Positions 19,407 to 28,221 of a DNA stretch of 64,000 nucleotides are shown here, piece after piece. The notes beneath the pieces were generated by a model that had not been told where the DNA came from, ran no database searches, and saw only the letters and a program-made list of their open reading frames with translations. The translations under genes were made by a program, and so were the position numbers. Position 1 is the first letter of the stretch. Each line of letters starts with the position of its first letter. This DNA is from Candidatus Lustribacter sp. (GTDB taxonomy: Bacteria; Vulcanimicrobiota; Vulcanimicrobiia; Vulcanimicrobiales; Vulcanimicrobiaceae), in NCBI GenBank assembly GCA_965277805.1, contig OZ255842.1, forward strand, positions 928,001-992,000. Direction: 5' to 3'.

Positions 19407-20949
19407 TCAGCGGTTCGAGGTGGGCGGCGAAACGCTGCGCGCGTCCGATCGACGAATCGTAGAGCGGCTGGCGTACTTGAAAGGCGCTCGCGGTGCGCAC
19501 CGGCCGCCGGGCGGCCTGAAAGTCGAGGCACGCGTCGTCCCACGGCAACCCGCAGAAGGCGACGATGCGGCGCGCTGCCGGCTCGAGGTGAGCGATGACG
19601 TCCTCGTAGGTCACCTCGAGAAACCGGTCGGGCGGTAAGATCGCGCGCCAGCGCGTCATGAGCCGGTCGTAGGCGCTGTAGTAGCGGCCGAGCTCGGCCA
19701 GGTCGTACGAGAACGAGACGTACGAGCCGAGAAAGAGCGTTGCGTAACTCGAGAAGCACGTGTCGAGCCAGTTGCGGCGCACGTGGATCAGCCGCGCGTT
19801 CGGCAGCGCCATGTGAATGAGCGGTGCGAGCGTGAAGTTCGCCAGCGTCTTGTCGGTCAGCCGCGCCTTCCCGGCCGCAAGCTGCGCCGTCGCATCGAGA
19901 TAGCGGTCTCCGAGCGTACGCAGCGATGCCCCGACGGCCTCGGGCGGCGCGGCGGTGCCGACGCCCGGCCGCACCTCGGCGATCAGGCGGCCGAACTCCG
20001 CGCTCTCGCCGGCCGCGGCCACCTGCGGGTGAGCGGCCAGAATTTGTTCCACGAGCGTCGAGCCCGCGCGCGGCATGCTGAACACGAAGACCGGCTGTTC
20101 CGACGGATTGCCGTACGCGCGCAGCGACTCCACGAGCGGCGCGCCGATCGTGCGTTCGAGCGAGGTGAAGAAGCCCAGCTCGGCCGCCTCGTTGTAGTTC
20201 ACCGCGGCGCGCTTGAGCGCGTTCCCGGCGGTGAGTTCGCGGAATGCGTCGTCGTAGCGGCCGCCGTCTTCGTACGCTTTGGCGAGTCCGAAGTGGAGGT
20301 CGATCTGCGCCGCGCGGTTGCGCCCGCGGCCCTGCGTGCTCAAGGCCTCGAGTGCCCCGAGCCGTTCGGGTTCCAGCGGTCCCGAGCGGCTGCGCACGAG
20401 CTCCAAGTGGTAGTGGCTGTTGCCGGGATCGATCGCGATCGCGCGTTCGAACCACGTCACGGCCTCGTCGACCGCGCCGGCCTCGAGCAAGACGCGGCCC
20501 AGATTGCACGCCGCGTCGCCGAAGGCGGGGTCGATGGCGAGGGCCGCCCGGAACGCGGCCGCGGCGCCTTCAGCGTCGTTCTGCCGCGCGAGTACCGCTC
20601 CCAAACCGTTCTGCGGCGCAGCGTTGCGCGGCTCGATCTGCAGCGCGGCCTCGAAGGCCGCTCGCGCCTCGGGGAGCCGGCCCACGTCGAGCAGCGCGTT
20701 TCCCAGATGAAAGGCGATCGGAGCGGAACGCGGCAGGGCGGTGCGCGCACGCTCGAGGTAGGGCACCGCTTCGGCGGATCGGCCGAGTTCGGCGAGGCAC
20801 ACGCCGAGCAGGTCGAGGGCGTCGCCGAAACCGGGCCGCAGCTTGACCGCGCTGGTCAGCTCCGCCGCCGCCTCGTCCAGGCGCCCCTGCGCAAAGTGGG
20901 CGCGGCCGGCGTTGTGGTGGGCCTCCGCACCGCCGCGACGTTTTGCCAT
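19378..20949 (-). CDS. TPR + sulfotransferase protein
   Basis: Multiple TPRs; PAPS-binding loop 'VFVFSMPRAGSTLVEQILAAHP', 'IHVRRNWLDTCFS', 'YED', 'VRTASAFQVRQPLY'. Confidence 0.88.
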   Translation of the reverse strand: MAKRRGGAEAHHNAGRAHFAQGRLDEAAAELTSAVKLRPGFGDALDLLGVCLAELGRSAEAVPYLERARTALPRSAPIAFHLGNALLDVGRLPEARAAFEAALQIEPRNAAPQNGLGAVLARQNDAEGAAAAFRAALAIDPAFGDAACNLGRVLLEAGAVDEAVTWFERAIAIDPGNSHYHLELVRSRSGPLEPERLGALEALSTQGRGRNRAAQIDLHFGLAKAYEDGGRYDDAFRELTAGNALKRAAVNYNEAAELGFFTSLERTIGAPLVESLRAYGNPSEQPVFVFSMPRAGSTLVEQILAAHPQVAAAGESAEFGRLIAEVRPGVGTAAPPEAVGASLRTLGDRYLDATAQLAAGKARLTDKTLANFTLAPLIHMALPNARLIHVRRNWLDTCFSSYATLFLGSYVSFSYDLAELGRYYSAYDRLMTRWRAILPPDRFLEVTYEDVIAHLEPAARRIVAFCGLPWDDACLDFQAARRPVRTASAFQVRQPLYDSSIGRAQRFAAHLEPLITASGYSLT

Positions 20950-21024
20950 ACAGCGCACAGTGTAGCATTCGCGGGCACGCCGGGCCGGGGAAGCGGCCGC
21001 CGGGGTGGAAGGCCTCCGGCAGCA

Positions 21025-21222
21025 ATGATCTCATTACGGCGTCTTAACAATCAGGCCATCATGGTCAACGCCGACCTGATCGAGAGCTTGGAGGCGACCC
21101 CGGACACCGTGGTCACGCTGACGTCCGGCAACAAGTTGCTCGTGCGGGACTCAATGGAAGAAATTCAGTCCAAGATCATTGAGTTCAAGCGCCGGATCTA
21201 CGGTCCGAAAGAGGTAGAGTAG
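21025..21222 (+). CDS. flbD: Flagellar protein FlbD (SwrD family)
   Basis: 'MISLRRLN...VNADLIESLEATPDTVVTLTSG'; upstream of motA. Confidence 0.92.
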   Translation: MISLRRLNNQAIMVNADLIESLEATPDTVVTLTSGNKLLVRDSMEEIQSKIIEFKRRIYGPKEVE

Positions 21223-21260
21223 AAGCCCGGCGTACAAGTCAACCGGGCCCTTCACTGTCT

Positions 21261-21298
21261 ACCGTAATATCGGCGGCGTAGTTCGCCGATATAACGGT
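21261..21298. promoter_or_regulatory. Palindromic putative sigma28 promoter upstream of motA
   Basis: + strand TAAT-N16-GCCGATAT, lying within a 15-bp-arm inverted repeat with one mismatch. Confidence 0.6.
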
Positions 21299-21330
21299 GA
21301 GTAGCGCGTTACCGTTAGAGGAACCGTCCG

Positions 21331-22158
21331 TTGGATTTAGCGACCGTCATAGGTATCGTTCTCGCACTTTGTTCGATCGCGATTTCGGCGTACATCGGTG
21401 ATGTCGACGTCTCGATTCTGTTCAAGAGGTACGAGGCGTTCATTCTGGTTTTTGGCGGTACGCTGGCCGCAACGATGATCTCGTTCCCGATGAAGACGTT
21501 CGTGCGCGGTCTGCGGACCGGGTTCGCGATGGCCTTCACCGAGCCGCAGTATCACGAACATGAGATCATCGCCAACCTCGTGACGTTCGCCGAAAAGGCC
21601 CGCCGCGAAGGTTTGCTCGCGCTCGAGAACGAGGCCGCGGAACTCGACGACGAGTTCATGCGCAAGGGCATTCAGCTGGTGATCGACGGCCGCGACGCCG
21701 ACATCATCCGCAAGATTTTGGAAACCGAAGTCCTCTTCGTGCAAGAGCGCAACGCGAAAGCGGAAGCGGTCCTGATGACGATGGGCGGCTTCTCGCCGAC
21801 GCTCGGCATCATCGGTACGGTACTCGGTCTGATCGCGATGTTGAAGGGGCTCGGCGACACCGCCGGCGGCAACGTCACCGGCAAGATCGGTATCGCGACC
21901 GCTCAAGCGTTCGTTGCGACGTTCTTCGGCATCTCGCTTGCGAACTTGCTGTGGCTGCCGCTCGGCGCGAAGGTGAAAGAACGCAACGGGCAACTGCTGC
22001 TGCTGCGCGAAATCATGATCGAAGGCATCCTCTCGATCCAGGCCGGCGACAACCCGCGTCTGCTCGAAGAGAAGCTCCACGCATTCCTGGATCCGAACGA
22101 ACGCGAGACCGAAGTCGAAGAGGGCGGCACGGTCGGCGAACCCGCGATGGCGAGCTAA
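21331..22158 (+). CDS. motA: Flagellar stator MotA
   Basis: 'ARREGLLALE', 'GIQLVIDG', 'FSPTLGIIGTVLGLI', 'AFVATFFGI', 'GDNPR'. Confidence 0.96.
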   Translation: MDLATVIGIVLALCSIAISAYIGDVDVSILFKRYEAFILVFGGTLAATMISFPMKTFVRGLRTGFAMAFTEPQYHEHEIIANLVTFAEKARREGLLALENEAAELDDEFMRKGIQLVIDGRDADIIRKILETEVLFVQERNAKAEAVLMTMGGFSPTLGIIGTVLGLIAMLKGLGDTAGGNVTGKIGIATAQAFVATFFGISLANLLWLPLGAKVKERNGQLLLLREIMIEGILSIQAGDNPRLLEEKLHAFLDPNERETEVEEGGTVGEPAMAS

Positions 22159-22161
22159 ACC

Positions 22162-22935
22162 TTGGCACTGCGACGCGGGCTGGGCGCAAAGGGCGGCGGC
22201 GGCGGAGAGATGGAGTCGGCCGGCATGATGCGCTGGCTCCTGACCTACGCCGACATGATCACGCTCTTGCTCGCGCTGTTCATCATCTTGTTCTCGATCT
22301 CGACGATCAACAAAGTGAAGCTGCAGCGTTTGGTGCGCGATCTCGGCGGCGGTTTCAACAGCCAAGACGCGATCAACAACCCGCCCAACGGCATGACGAC
22401 TTCGGCGACCAAAGACGATCTGCAAGCAATGCAGGCCCAGCTGCAGTCGTATATTCAGAGCCAGAGCTTGCAAAAGTCGGTCCAGACGAAGATCACGCGC
22501 GACGGCAAAAAGCGCGAGCTGGTCATCACGCTGCTGAGCGACAAGCAACTCTTCGATAGCGGTAAGGCCGATATCAAGCCCTTCACGAAGAAGATCCTCG
22601 ACGAAGTCTACCGTCAGCTCAAGGGCCGCGCGAACGAAGTGCGCGTCGAAGGAAACACCGACAACGTGCCGATTTCCAACGAAAATTTTCCGAGCAACTG
22701 GGAACTCTCGTCGGCGCGCGCCACCGGCGTCGCCCGCTACTTCGTCGAAGACGACGGGCTGGCTCCGCGGCGCATCTCGGCGCTCGGGTACGGCGAGTAC
22801 CGGCCACGCGTTGCGAACGACACCGATGCCCACCGTGCCCAGAACCGGCGCGTCGACGTGGTCATCCTCGACACGGATGCGGCAACGAACGCGCAAGCCG
22901 CAGCCGAAGCGCAAGCGCTCGCCGGGGGACAATAA
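22162..22935 (+). CDS. motB: Flagellar stator MotB
   Basis: 'WLLTYADMITLLLALF', OmpA-like domain 'VEGNTD...NWELSSARA...NRRVDVVI'. Confidence 0.96.
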   Translation: MALRRGLGAKGGGGGEMESAGMMRWLLTYADMITLLLALFIILFSISTINKVKLQRLVRDLGGGFNSQDAINNPPNGMTTSATKDDLQAMQAQLQSYIQSQSLQKSVQTKITRDGKKRELVITLLSDKQLFDSGKADIKPFTKKILDEVYRQLKGRANEVRVEGNTDNVPISNENFPSNWELSSARATGVARYFVEDDGLAPRRISALGYGEYRPRVANDTDAHRAQNRRVDVVILDTDAATNAQAAAEAQALAGGQ

Positions 22936-22938
22936 CCC

Positions 22939-23925
22939 ATGTCCATGCTTTCTCAAGAAGAGATCGACGCGCTCGTCAATCAGCTCTCTTCTCCGGACGC
23001 CGACCAAGCATCGCTCGAAGGCCGTAAGGTCAAGTCGTTCGACTTCCGCTTCAACAAGCGGCTCGAGAAGTTTCAGTCCAACCAGCTGCAAACGCTGCGG
23101 ACGCTGCACGACAACTTCACGCGACTGCTCAACAACTCGCTCTCCGTCTACCTGCGCACCCGCGTCGAGGCCACGATCGTCTCGATCGAGCAGATCTCGT
23201 ACGGCGACTTCATCGCCTCGATCGGCATCCCGTCGATCCTTTCGATCTTCTCGATGGACCCGCTGGCCGGCTCGGGCATCGTCCAAGTCGACCTGAACCT
23301 CGCGTTCTCGATCCTCGACCGCCTGCTCGGCGGCCCGGGCTGGTATCCCACGAAGTTGCGCGACCTCTCGGACATCGAGCGCACGCTGATGCAGCGCTTC
23401 ATGGCCCGCATGCTCAACAGCTATCGCGAAGCCTGGAACTACCTGCTGACGCTTTCGCTGAAGATCGAAGCGCTCGACTCGAACCCGCAGTTCATTCCGC
23501 GTATCATCCCGCTCGACCAGATCGTCGCCTTCGTGTCGTGCGAGCTGAAGATCGGCGACATCGCGGGCGTGATGAACTTCGCCCTGCCCTACTCCGTTCT
23601 GCAGTCCATCGGGACGCAGCTGGCCGACTACCAGTGGTCGCCGTCGGTCGTGGCCGGCCGCGGCATGACCGAGGAAGACATCCTCCAACTCGCCCGCAAT
23701 GTCGAACGGGCCGGGGTGAACATGGAAGTCGAGCTCGGCCGGACCATCGTGTCCCTGCGCGACCTGGTGACCTTGCAGGTCGGCGACGTCGTTTTGTTCG
23801 ATAAACCGGTCAATGAACCGTTGTTGATGACGGTGAACGACCGTGAGAAGTATCGCGTGTATCCGGGCGTGAACAAGGACCGGGTCGCAGTGCAAATCGC
23901 GTCGGTCGTCGAGGACGAGGAGTAG
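22939..23925 (+). CDS. fliM: Flagellar motor switch protein FliM
   Basis: CheY-binding 'LSQEEIDAL', 'DRLLGG', C-terminal SpoA domain. Confidence 0.96.
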   Translation: MSMLSQEEIDALVNQLSSPDADQASLEGRKVKSFDFRFNKRLEKFQSNQLQTLRTLHDNFTRLLNNSLSVYLRTRVEATIVSIEQISYGDFIASIGIPSILSIFSMDPLAGSGIVQVDLNLAFSILDRLLGGPGWYPTKLRDLSDIERTLMQRFMARMLNSYREAWNYLLTLSLKIEALDSNPQFIPRIIPLDQIVAFVSCELKIGDIAGVMNFALPYSVLQSIGTQLADYQWSPSVVAGRGMTEEDILQLARNVERAGVNMEVELGRTIVSLRDLVTLQVGDVVLFDKPVNEPLLMTVNDREKYRVYPGVNKDRVAVQIASVVEDEE

Positions 23926-23927
23926 TT

Positions 23928-24887
23928 TTGGCACAGAAAGACTCGTTGCAGCCGCTAGCTGGAGCGATGTTCGCTGCGGCGACGGGTGCGTTTTCTACCC
24001 TCGCGGGTATCGGCGCGACCGCCGGCGACCCGGAAATGGAGAGCGCGGACGGGTCGATCAAGGTCGAGCCGGACGTCGTCGCCACCCTCACGCGCATTCC
24101 GTCGACGGGTGTGGCGTTCGTCACACGGTTCGTCAAGGCCGATATCGGCGCCGTTGTAGCGCTCATGCTGGGCACCCCCGGCGATGACGCCGAGATGGAT
24201 GCCATGCAGCTCTCGATCGTCGCCGAGACGGTCGCCCAGATCGCCACGGCCATGGGCGAAGCCCTCGCGGGCGAGACCGGGGCCTCGAGCGACGGCGTGA
24301 CGTCGGAAGTCGTCAACGATGCGGGCGGGTTCCCCGTGCCGCCGTTCACCTCGTTCACCGCGCCGATCGCGGTCGGCGATTCGCTCAAGACGTCGGTCAC
24401 GATCGACTTCGACGGGCTGTCGCTCTCGAAAATGGACATCAAGCCGGCGGCCCCGAGTGCGCCGGCCGCCGCTCCGACCGGTGCGTCGGCTGCAGCCGAT
24501 GCCGCGGCCGCCATGGCCGCAGCGATGGCCGGACCGCCGTCGTCGGTTTCGCCGAGCCGTCAGCGCCCCGCGCCCGAAGGCCAGGCCGCGCAGTTCGCGC
24601 CGATGCAGCCCACCGGAATCCGTCCCGCCGCGCCCGGACAATCGAACCTCGACCTCGTTCACGACGTGCCGCTGGAGATCTCGGCCGTCCTCGGCCAGAC
24701 CGAACTCTCGCTGCGCGAAGTCGTCGCCATGGTTCCCGGCAGCGTGTTCGAGCTGGACAAGCTCTCGACCGAACCGATCGACCTGTATGTCAACAACATC
24801 TTGATCGCCCGTGGTGAAGTCGTTGTCGTCGACGACAAGTTTGCGGTGAAGATCAGCGAACTCAACCCCGTCGTCGATCGAATTTGA
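23928..24887 (+). CDS. fliN: FliY/FliN switch protein (degenerate CheC-like N-terminal part + FliN domain)
   Basis: 'NLDLVHDVPLEISAVLG...IARGEVVVVDDKFAVKI'. Confidence 0.88.
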   Translation: MAQKDSLQPLAGAMFAAATGAFSTLAGIGATAGDPEMESADGSIKVEPDVVATLTRIPSTGVAFVTRFVKADIGAVVALMLGTPGDDAEMDAMQLSIVAETVAQIATAMGEALAGETGASSDGVTSEVVNDAGGFPVPPFTSFTAPIAVGDSLKTSVTIDFDGLSLSKMDIKPAAPSAPAAAPTGASAAADAAAAMAAAMAGPPSSVSPSRQRPAPEGQAAQFAPMQPTGIRPAAPGQSNLDLVHDVPLEISAVLGQTELSLREVVAMVPGSVFELDKLSTEPIDLYVNNILIARGEVVVVDDKFAVKISELNPVVDRI

Positions 24888-24896
24888 ACGATCGCG

Positions 24897-25247
24897 ATGA
24901 ATATCGCGTTCGTACTGCAAGTCATTTGGGCGTTCGCCCTCGTCGCGCTGCTGCTGGTCGGGTTCATGTACGTGGCGCGCGCGATTCAACGCGGGCGCAT
25001 CGTCGGGAGCGTCGGCCGCCGGCTGATCTCCACCGTTGAATCGACGGCGCTGGCGCAAAACGTCACCGTCCACGTCGTGCGCGTCGGCGATAAGTATTTT
25101 CTGGTCGGCGGCGGCACCGCGGGCGTCGCGCTGCTCGCCGAGCTGGCGGCGGACGAGGTCGAGCCGTACATCGAGTCCCATCGGCTGGCGCTCGAGGCCC
25201 AGCGCTCGAGTTTGATGCGGCCGTTCGAGCGGTTCCGGAAATCATGA
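24897..25247 (+). CDS. fliO: Flagellar biosynthesis protein FliO
   Basis: Single TM + '[15 protein letters not shown]'; lies before fliP. Confidence 0.85.
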   Translation: MNIAFVLQVIWAFALVALLLVGFMYVARAIQRGRIVGSVGRRLISTVESTALAQNVTVHVVRVGDKYFLVGGGTAGVALLAELAADEVEPYIESHRLALEAQRSSLMRPFERFRKS

Positions 25248-26038
25248 CGCGCCGCCATCTGCCCTGGCTCTTCGCCGGCCTCGCGGTGCTCTTCGTCGCG
25301 CTCGCGGCCGTCGTGCCGGCGTTCGCGCAAACGATCCCCGGCCCGACGGCGCCGTCGGTTCCGATCCCGCAAATAAACGTCGGCGTCACGCCGGCCACGA
25401 AGCCCTCGGACGTCGCGTTCTCGCTGCAGATCCTCTTGCTGCTGACGGTCTTGGCGCTGGCGCCGACGCTGCTCGTGCTGACGACCGCGTTCACGCGCAT
25501 CGTCGTCGTGCTCTCGTTCGTCCGCACCGCGCTCGGAACGCAGTCCAACCCGCCGAACCAAGTGCTGATCGGGCTCGCGATGTTCCTGACGTTCTTCGTA
25601 ATGGCGCCGGTGATCGAAGACGTCAACAAGAACGCGCTGCAGCCGTATCTCGGGCACAAGATCTCGCAGCAAGTCGCCTTCGACCGCGCCCAAAAACCCT
25701 TACGGGCCTTCATGTTCAAGCAAACGCGCGAGAAAGACATCGCCGTCTTCTACTCGATGACGAAGGAGCCGCGGCCCGCCAAGCAAGACGACGTGCCGAC
25801 CTATCTGCTGATTCCGGCCTTCACGATCAGCGAACTGAAAACGGCGTTCGAGATCGGCTTCGCGATCTACATACCGTTCATCGTCATCGACATGGTCGTG
25901 GCCTCGGTGCTGCTGTCGATGGGCATGATGATGATCCCGCCGGTGCTGATCTCGCTGCCCTTCAAGATCTTGATCTTCTTGCTCGTCGACGGCTGGAACC
26001 TCACCGTCAGCGCGCTATTCGCGAGCTTTAACAAATGA
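25244..26038 (+). CDS. fliP: Flagellar export gate FliP
   Basis: '[11 protein letters not shown]', '[14 protein letters not shown]', '[16 protein letters not shown]', '[16 protein letters not shown]'. Confidence 0.98.
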   Translation: MTRRHLPWLFAGLAVLFVALAAVVPAFAQTIPGPTAPSVPIPQINVGVTPATKPSDVAFSLQILLLLTVLALAPTLLVLTTAFTRIVVVLSFVRTALGTQSNPPNQVLIGLAMFLTFFVMAPVIEDVNKNALQPYLGHKISQQVAFDRAQKPLRAFMFKQTREKDIAVFYSMTKEPRPAKQDDVPTYLLIPAFTISELKTAFEIGFAIYIPFIVIDMVVASVLLSMGMMMIPPVLISLPFKILIFLLVDGWNLTVSALFASFNK

Positions 26039-26304
26039 CGTATGCGGCAGCGTTATCGTTGGGCCGCGATGCGATCGTGGTGGCGCTGCTCGTGTGCGGG
26101 CCCGCGCTCATCCTAGGCCTCGTCACCGGTCTGGTGATCTCGATCTTTCAGGCGACCACGCAGATCCAAGAACCGACGCTGACCTTCATTCCGAAGATCG
26201 TGGTGGTGGCGCTTGCGATCCTGTTCTTCGGGCCCTTCATGCTGGCGATGCTGACGGATTTCATGTCACGTGTCTTTAGCCAGATACCGCAATACGTGAA
26301 GTAA
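26035..26304 (+). CDS. fliQ: Flagellar export gate FliQ
   Basis: '[20 protein letters not shown]'. Confidence 0.97.
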   Translation: MTYAAALSLGRDAIVVALLVCGPALILGLVTGLVISIFQATTQIQEPTLTFIPKIVVVALAILFFGPFMLAMLTDFMSRVFSQIPQYVK

Positions 26305-27095
26305 TGCACGGGATCAATCTCTTCGGCTTGACCTACGCGCAGTTCGAGACGTTCATCCTCGTACTGGTGCGGGTCTCGGTGATTTTGATCATGCTGCCGA
26401 TCTTCTCGGCGGCGCAGGTCAATACGATGGTGCGCTTCGGCTTGGGCCTCGTCATCACGATCGTCGTGTGGAGCACGGTGCCGCCGATGCCGCTGCTCGA
26501 CGGCATCGGGCCGTTGACCGCGGCGGTCTTTTCGCAGGCGTTCATCGGCTTCGTGTTCGGGTTCGTTGCGTTTCTGGTCTTCGTCGGCATTCAGTTCGCC
26601 GGTGAGGTCATGGACATCGAGGTCGGCTTCTCGATCGTCAACGTGATCAATCCGTTGACGAGCAGCACCGTCAGCGTGCTCGGCGAGTTCCAGTTGGCGC
26701 TCGGGTCTTTGATCTATCTGATCTCCAATGCCCATCACTTTTTGTTCCAAGGGCTTGCCGGGTCGTTCACCCTGCTTCCGCTGCCCTACGTCACGATCAC
26801 GCCGGGGCTCGAAACCGACCTCACCGGCTTCTTCGGGCAGGCGTTCTTCATGGTGTTCCAGATCGCGGGACCGATCGGGGTCACACTCTTTCTCGTCAAC
26901 GTCGGGCTCGCTCTCATGGCGCGCGTCGCGCCGCAGATGAACATCTTCGCAATCGGGTTTCCGCTGCAAATCATGGTCGGGCTGACGATGATGGTGCTCT
27001 CGCTGCCGCTGCTGGAGAACGTGCTCCCGCAGGTATTCGAGCAGACCCCCCGAGAACTCGACGCGGTACTCCGTGCAATGCGGACTCCGGGCTGA
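26304..27095 (+). CDS. fliR: Flagellar export gate FliR
   Basis: 'AGEVMDIEVGF', 'ARVAPQMNIFAIGFPLQI'; multi-TM. Confidence 0.96.
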   Translation: MHGINLFGLTYAQFETFILVLVRVSVILIMLPIFSAAQVNTMVRFGLGLVITIVVWSTVPPMPLLDGIGPLTAAVFSQAFIGFVFGFVAFLVFVGIQFAGEVMDIEVGFSIVNVINPLTSSTVSVLGEFQLALGSLIYLISNAHHFLFQGLAGSFTLLPLPYVTITPGLETDLTGFFGQAFFMVFQIAGPIGVTLFLVNVGLALMARVAPQMNIFAIGFPLQIMVGLTMMVLSLPLLENVLPQVFEQTPRELDAVLRAMRTPG

Positions 27096-27101
27096 CGCGC
27101 G

Positions 27102-28172
27102 ATGGCCAAACCGGAGCAAACAGAGAAACCTACCGCCAAGCGCATCGGCGATGCGCGCGGCCGTGGTCAAGTCGCGAAGTCGCCCGACGTTGCCGGCTCG
27201 CTGATTTTTCTTGCCATCATCATCTCGCTGCACCTCACGTTCGTGCCGGCGTTCTTGCTCGCGTCGCACTCGTTTGCGGTGGCCATTCAGAGCGCCAACG
27301 GCCGCATTCCGGTCAACATCCACTCCGTGTGGGGTCTCTTCGCGCGTGCGTTCCTCGCGTACGGCGCCCTGGTGGGCGTGGCATTCGGGGCCGCCCTCGG
27401 GATCGCGATCCTGGCCAACGTGCTGCAGTTCGGCTTCCTGTTCGCGCCCTCGAAGCTCAAGCCGCGGTTCAGCGTTCTCAATCCGTTCCCGGGCATCAAG
27501 CGGCTGTTTTTCTCACCCCAAGCGCTGGTGCAGCTGGCCAAGCAGATGGCGAAGATTCTGCTGGTCTTCATCGTGCTCTTCACCCAGCTCCACGACCAGA
27601 TCCCGATGTTCTTGCAGCTGGCGCACGCCCCGCCGTACGATATGGTGCTGTGGGTCGAGGGCACGGCCTACGGGATCGGCATCCGGTTCGGTCTGCTGTT
27701 TTTCGTGCTCGGCATGGCGGACTATTTCTGGGAAAAGCACCGCCTGACCGATTCGCTCAAGATGACCAAGACCGAGGTCCGGGACGAGCACCGCCAGCAA
27801 GAAGGCAACCCGGAGGTACGCCAGGCGGTCAAGCAGCGCCAGCGGGCGAGCGCGCGCCGGCGCATGATGGCCGCGATCCCGCGGGCCACGGTCGTCGTCA
27901 CCAACCCGACCCACTTCGCGGTGGCGCTGGAATGGGACGAGATCACGATGGACGCCCCGGTCCTCACGTGCAAGGGCGCCGATCTCATGGCCCGGCGCAT
28001 CCGCGAGCTGGCCCGGGAACACAATATCCCGATCATGGAAAATCCGCCCCTGGCCCGGGCGCTCTACGACAAGGTCGAGCTGGATTCGCCCGTCCCCCCG
28101 CACCTATACGCGGCCGTCGCCCAGGTCATCGCGTTCATCTACAAGCTCAAAAATCGCACAATTGCCGGGTGA
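27102..28172 (+). CDS. flhB: Flagellar export switch FlhB
   Basis: 'TEKPTAKR...GQVAKS', 'EGNPEV', autocleavage motif 'NPTH'. Confidence 0.97.
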   Translation: MAKPEQTEKPTAKRIGDARGRGQVAKSPDVAGSLIFLAIIISLHLTFVPAFLLASHSFAVAIQSANGRIPVNIHSVWGLFARAFLAYGALVGVAFGAALGIAILANVLQFGFLFAPSKLKPRFSVLNPFPGIKRLFFSPQALVQLAKQMAKILLVFIVLFTQLHDQIPMFLQLAHAPPYDMVLWVEGTAYGIGIRFGLLFFVLGMADYFWEKHRLTDSLKMTKTEVRDEHRQQEGNPEVRQAVKQRQRASARRRMMAAIPRATVVVTNPTHFAVALEWDEITMDAPVLTCKGADLMARRIRELAREHNIPIMENPPLARALYDKVELDSPVPPHLYAAVAQVIAFIYKLKNRTIAG

Positions 28173-28197
28173 AGCCCGGAGGCGGTTGTGCCGATAC
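28170..28197 (+). promoter_or_regulatory. Putative sigma28 promoter upstream of flhA
   Basis: TGAA-N16-GCCGATAC in the flhB-flhA gap. Confidence 0.5.
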
Positions 28198-28221
28198 TTT
28201 TAGGGAAGTGCCGGTGACCAA

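Noticed and set aside
19783-21024. 479-aa ORF suggesting a long FlbD fusion
   Set aside because: The upstream part is antisense to the sulfotransferase gene; FlbD homology begins at ATG 21025.
21337-23934. Long antisense ORFs (865 aa here; also 9890-11287, 28411-30237, 37951-40131, 48757-50643, 60471-62177)
   Set aside because: They shadow well-supported genes on the opposite strand. Stop-codon scarcity from high GC and codon bias explains them, and they carry no recognisable motifs.
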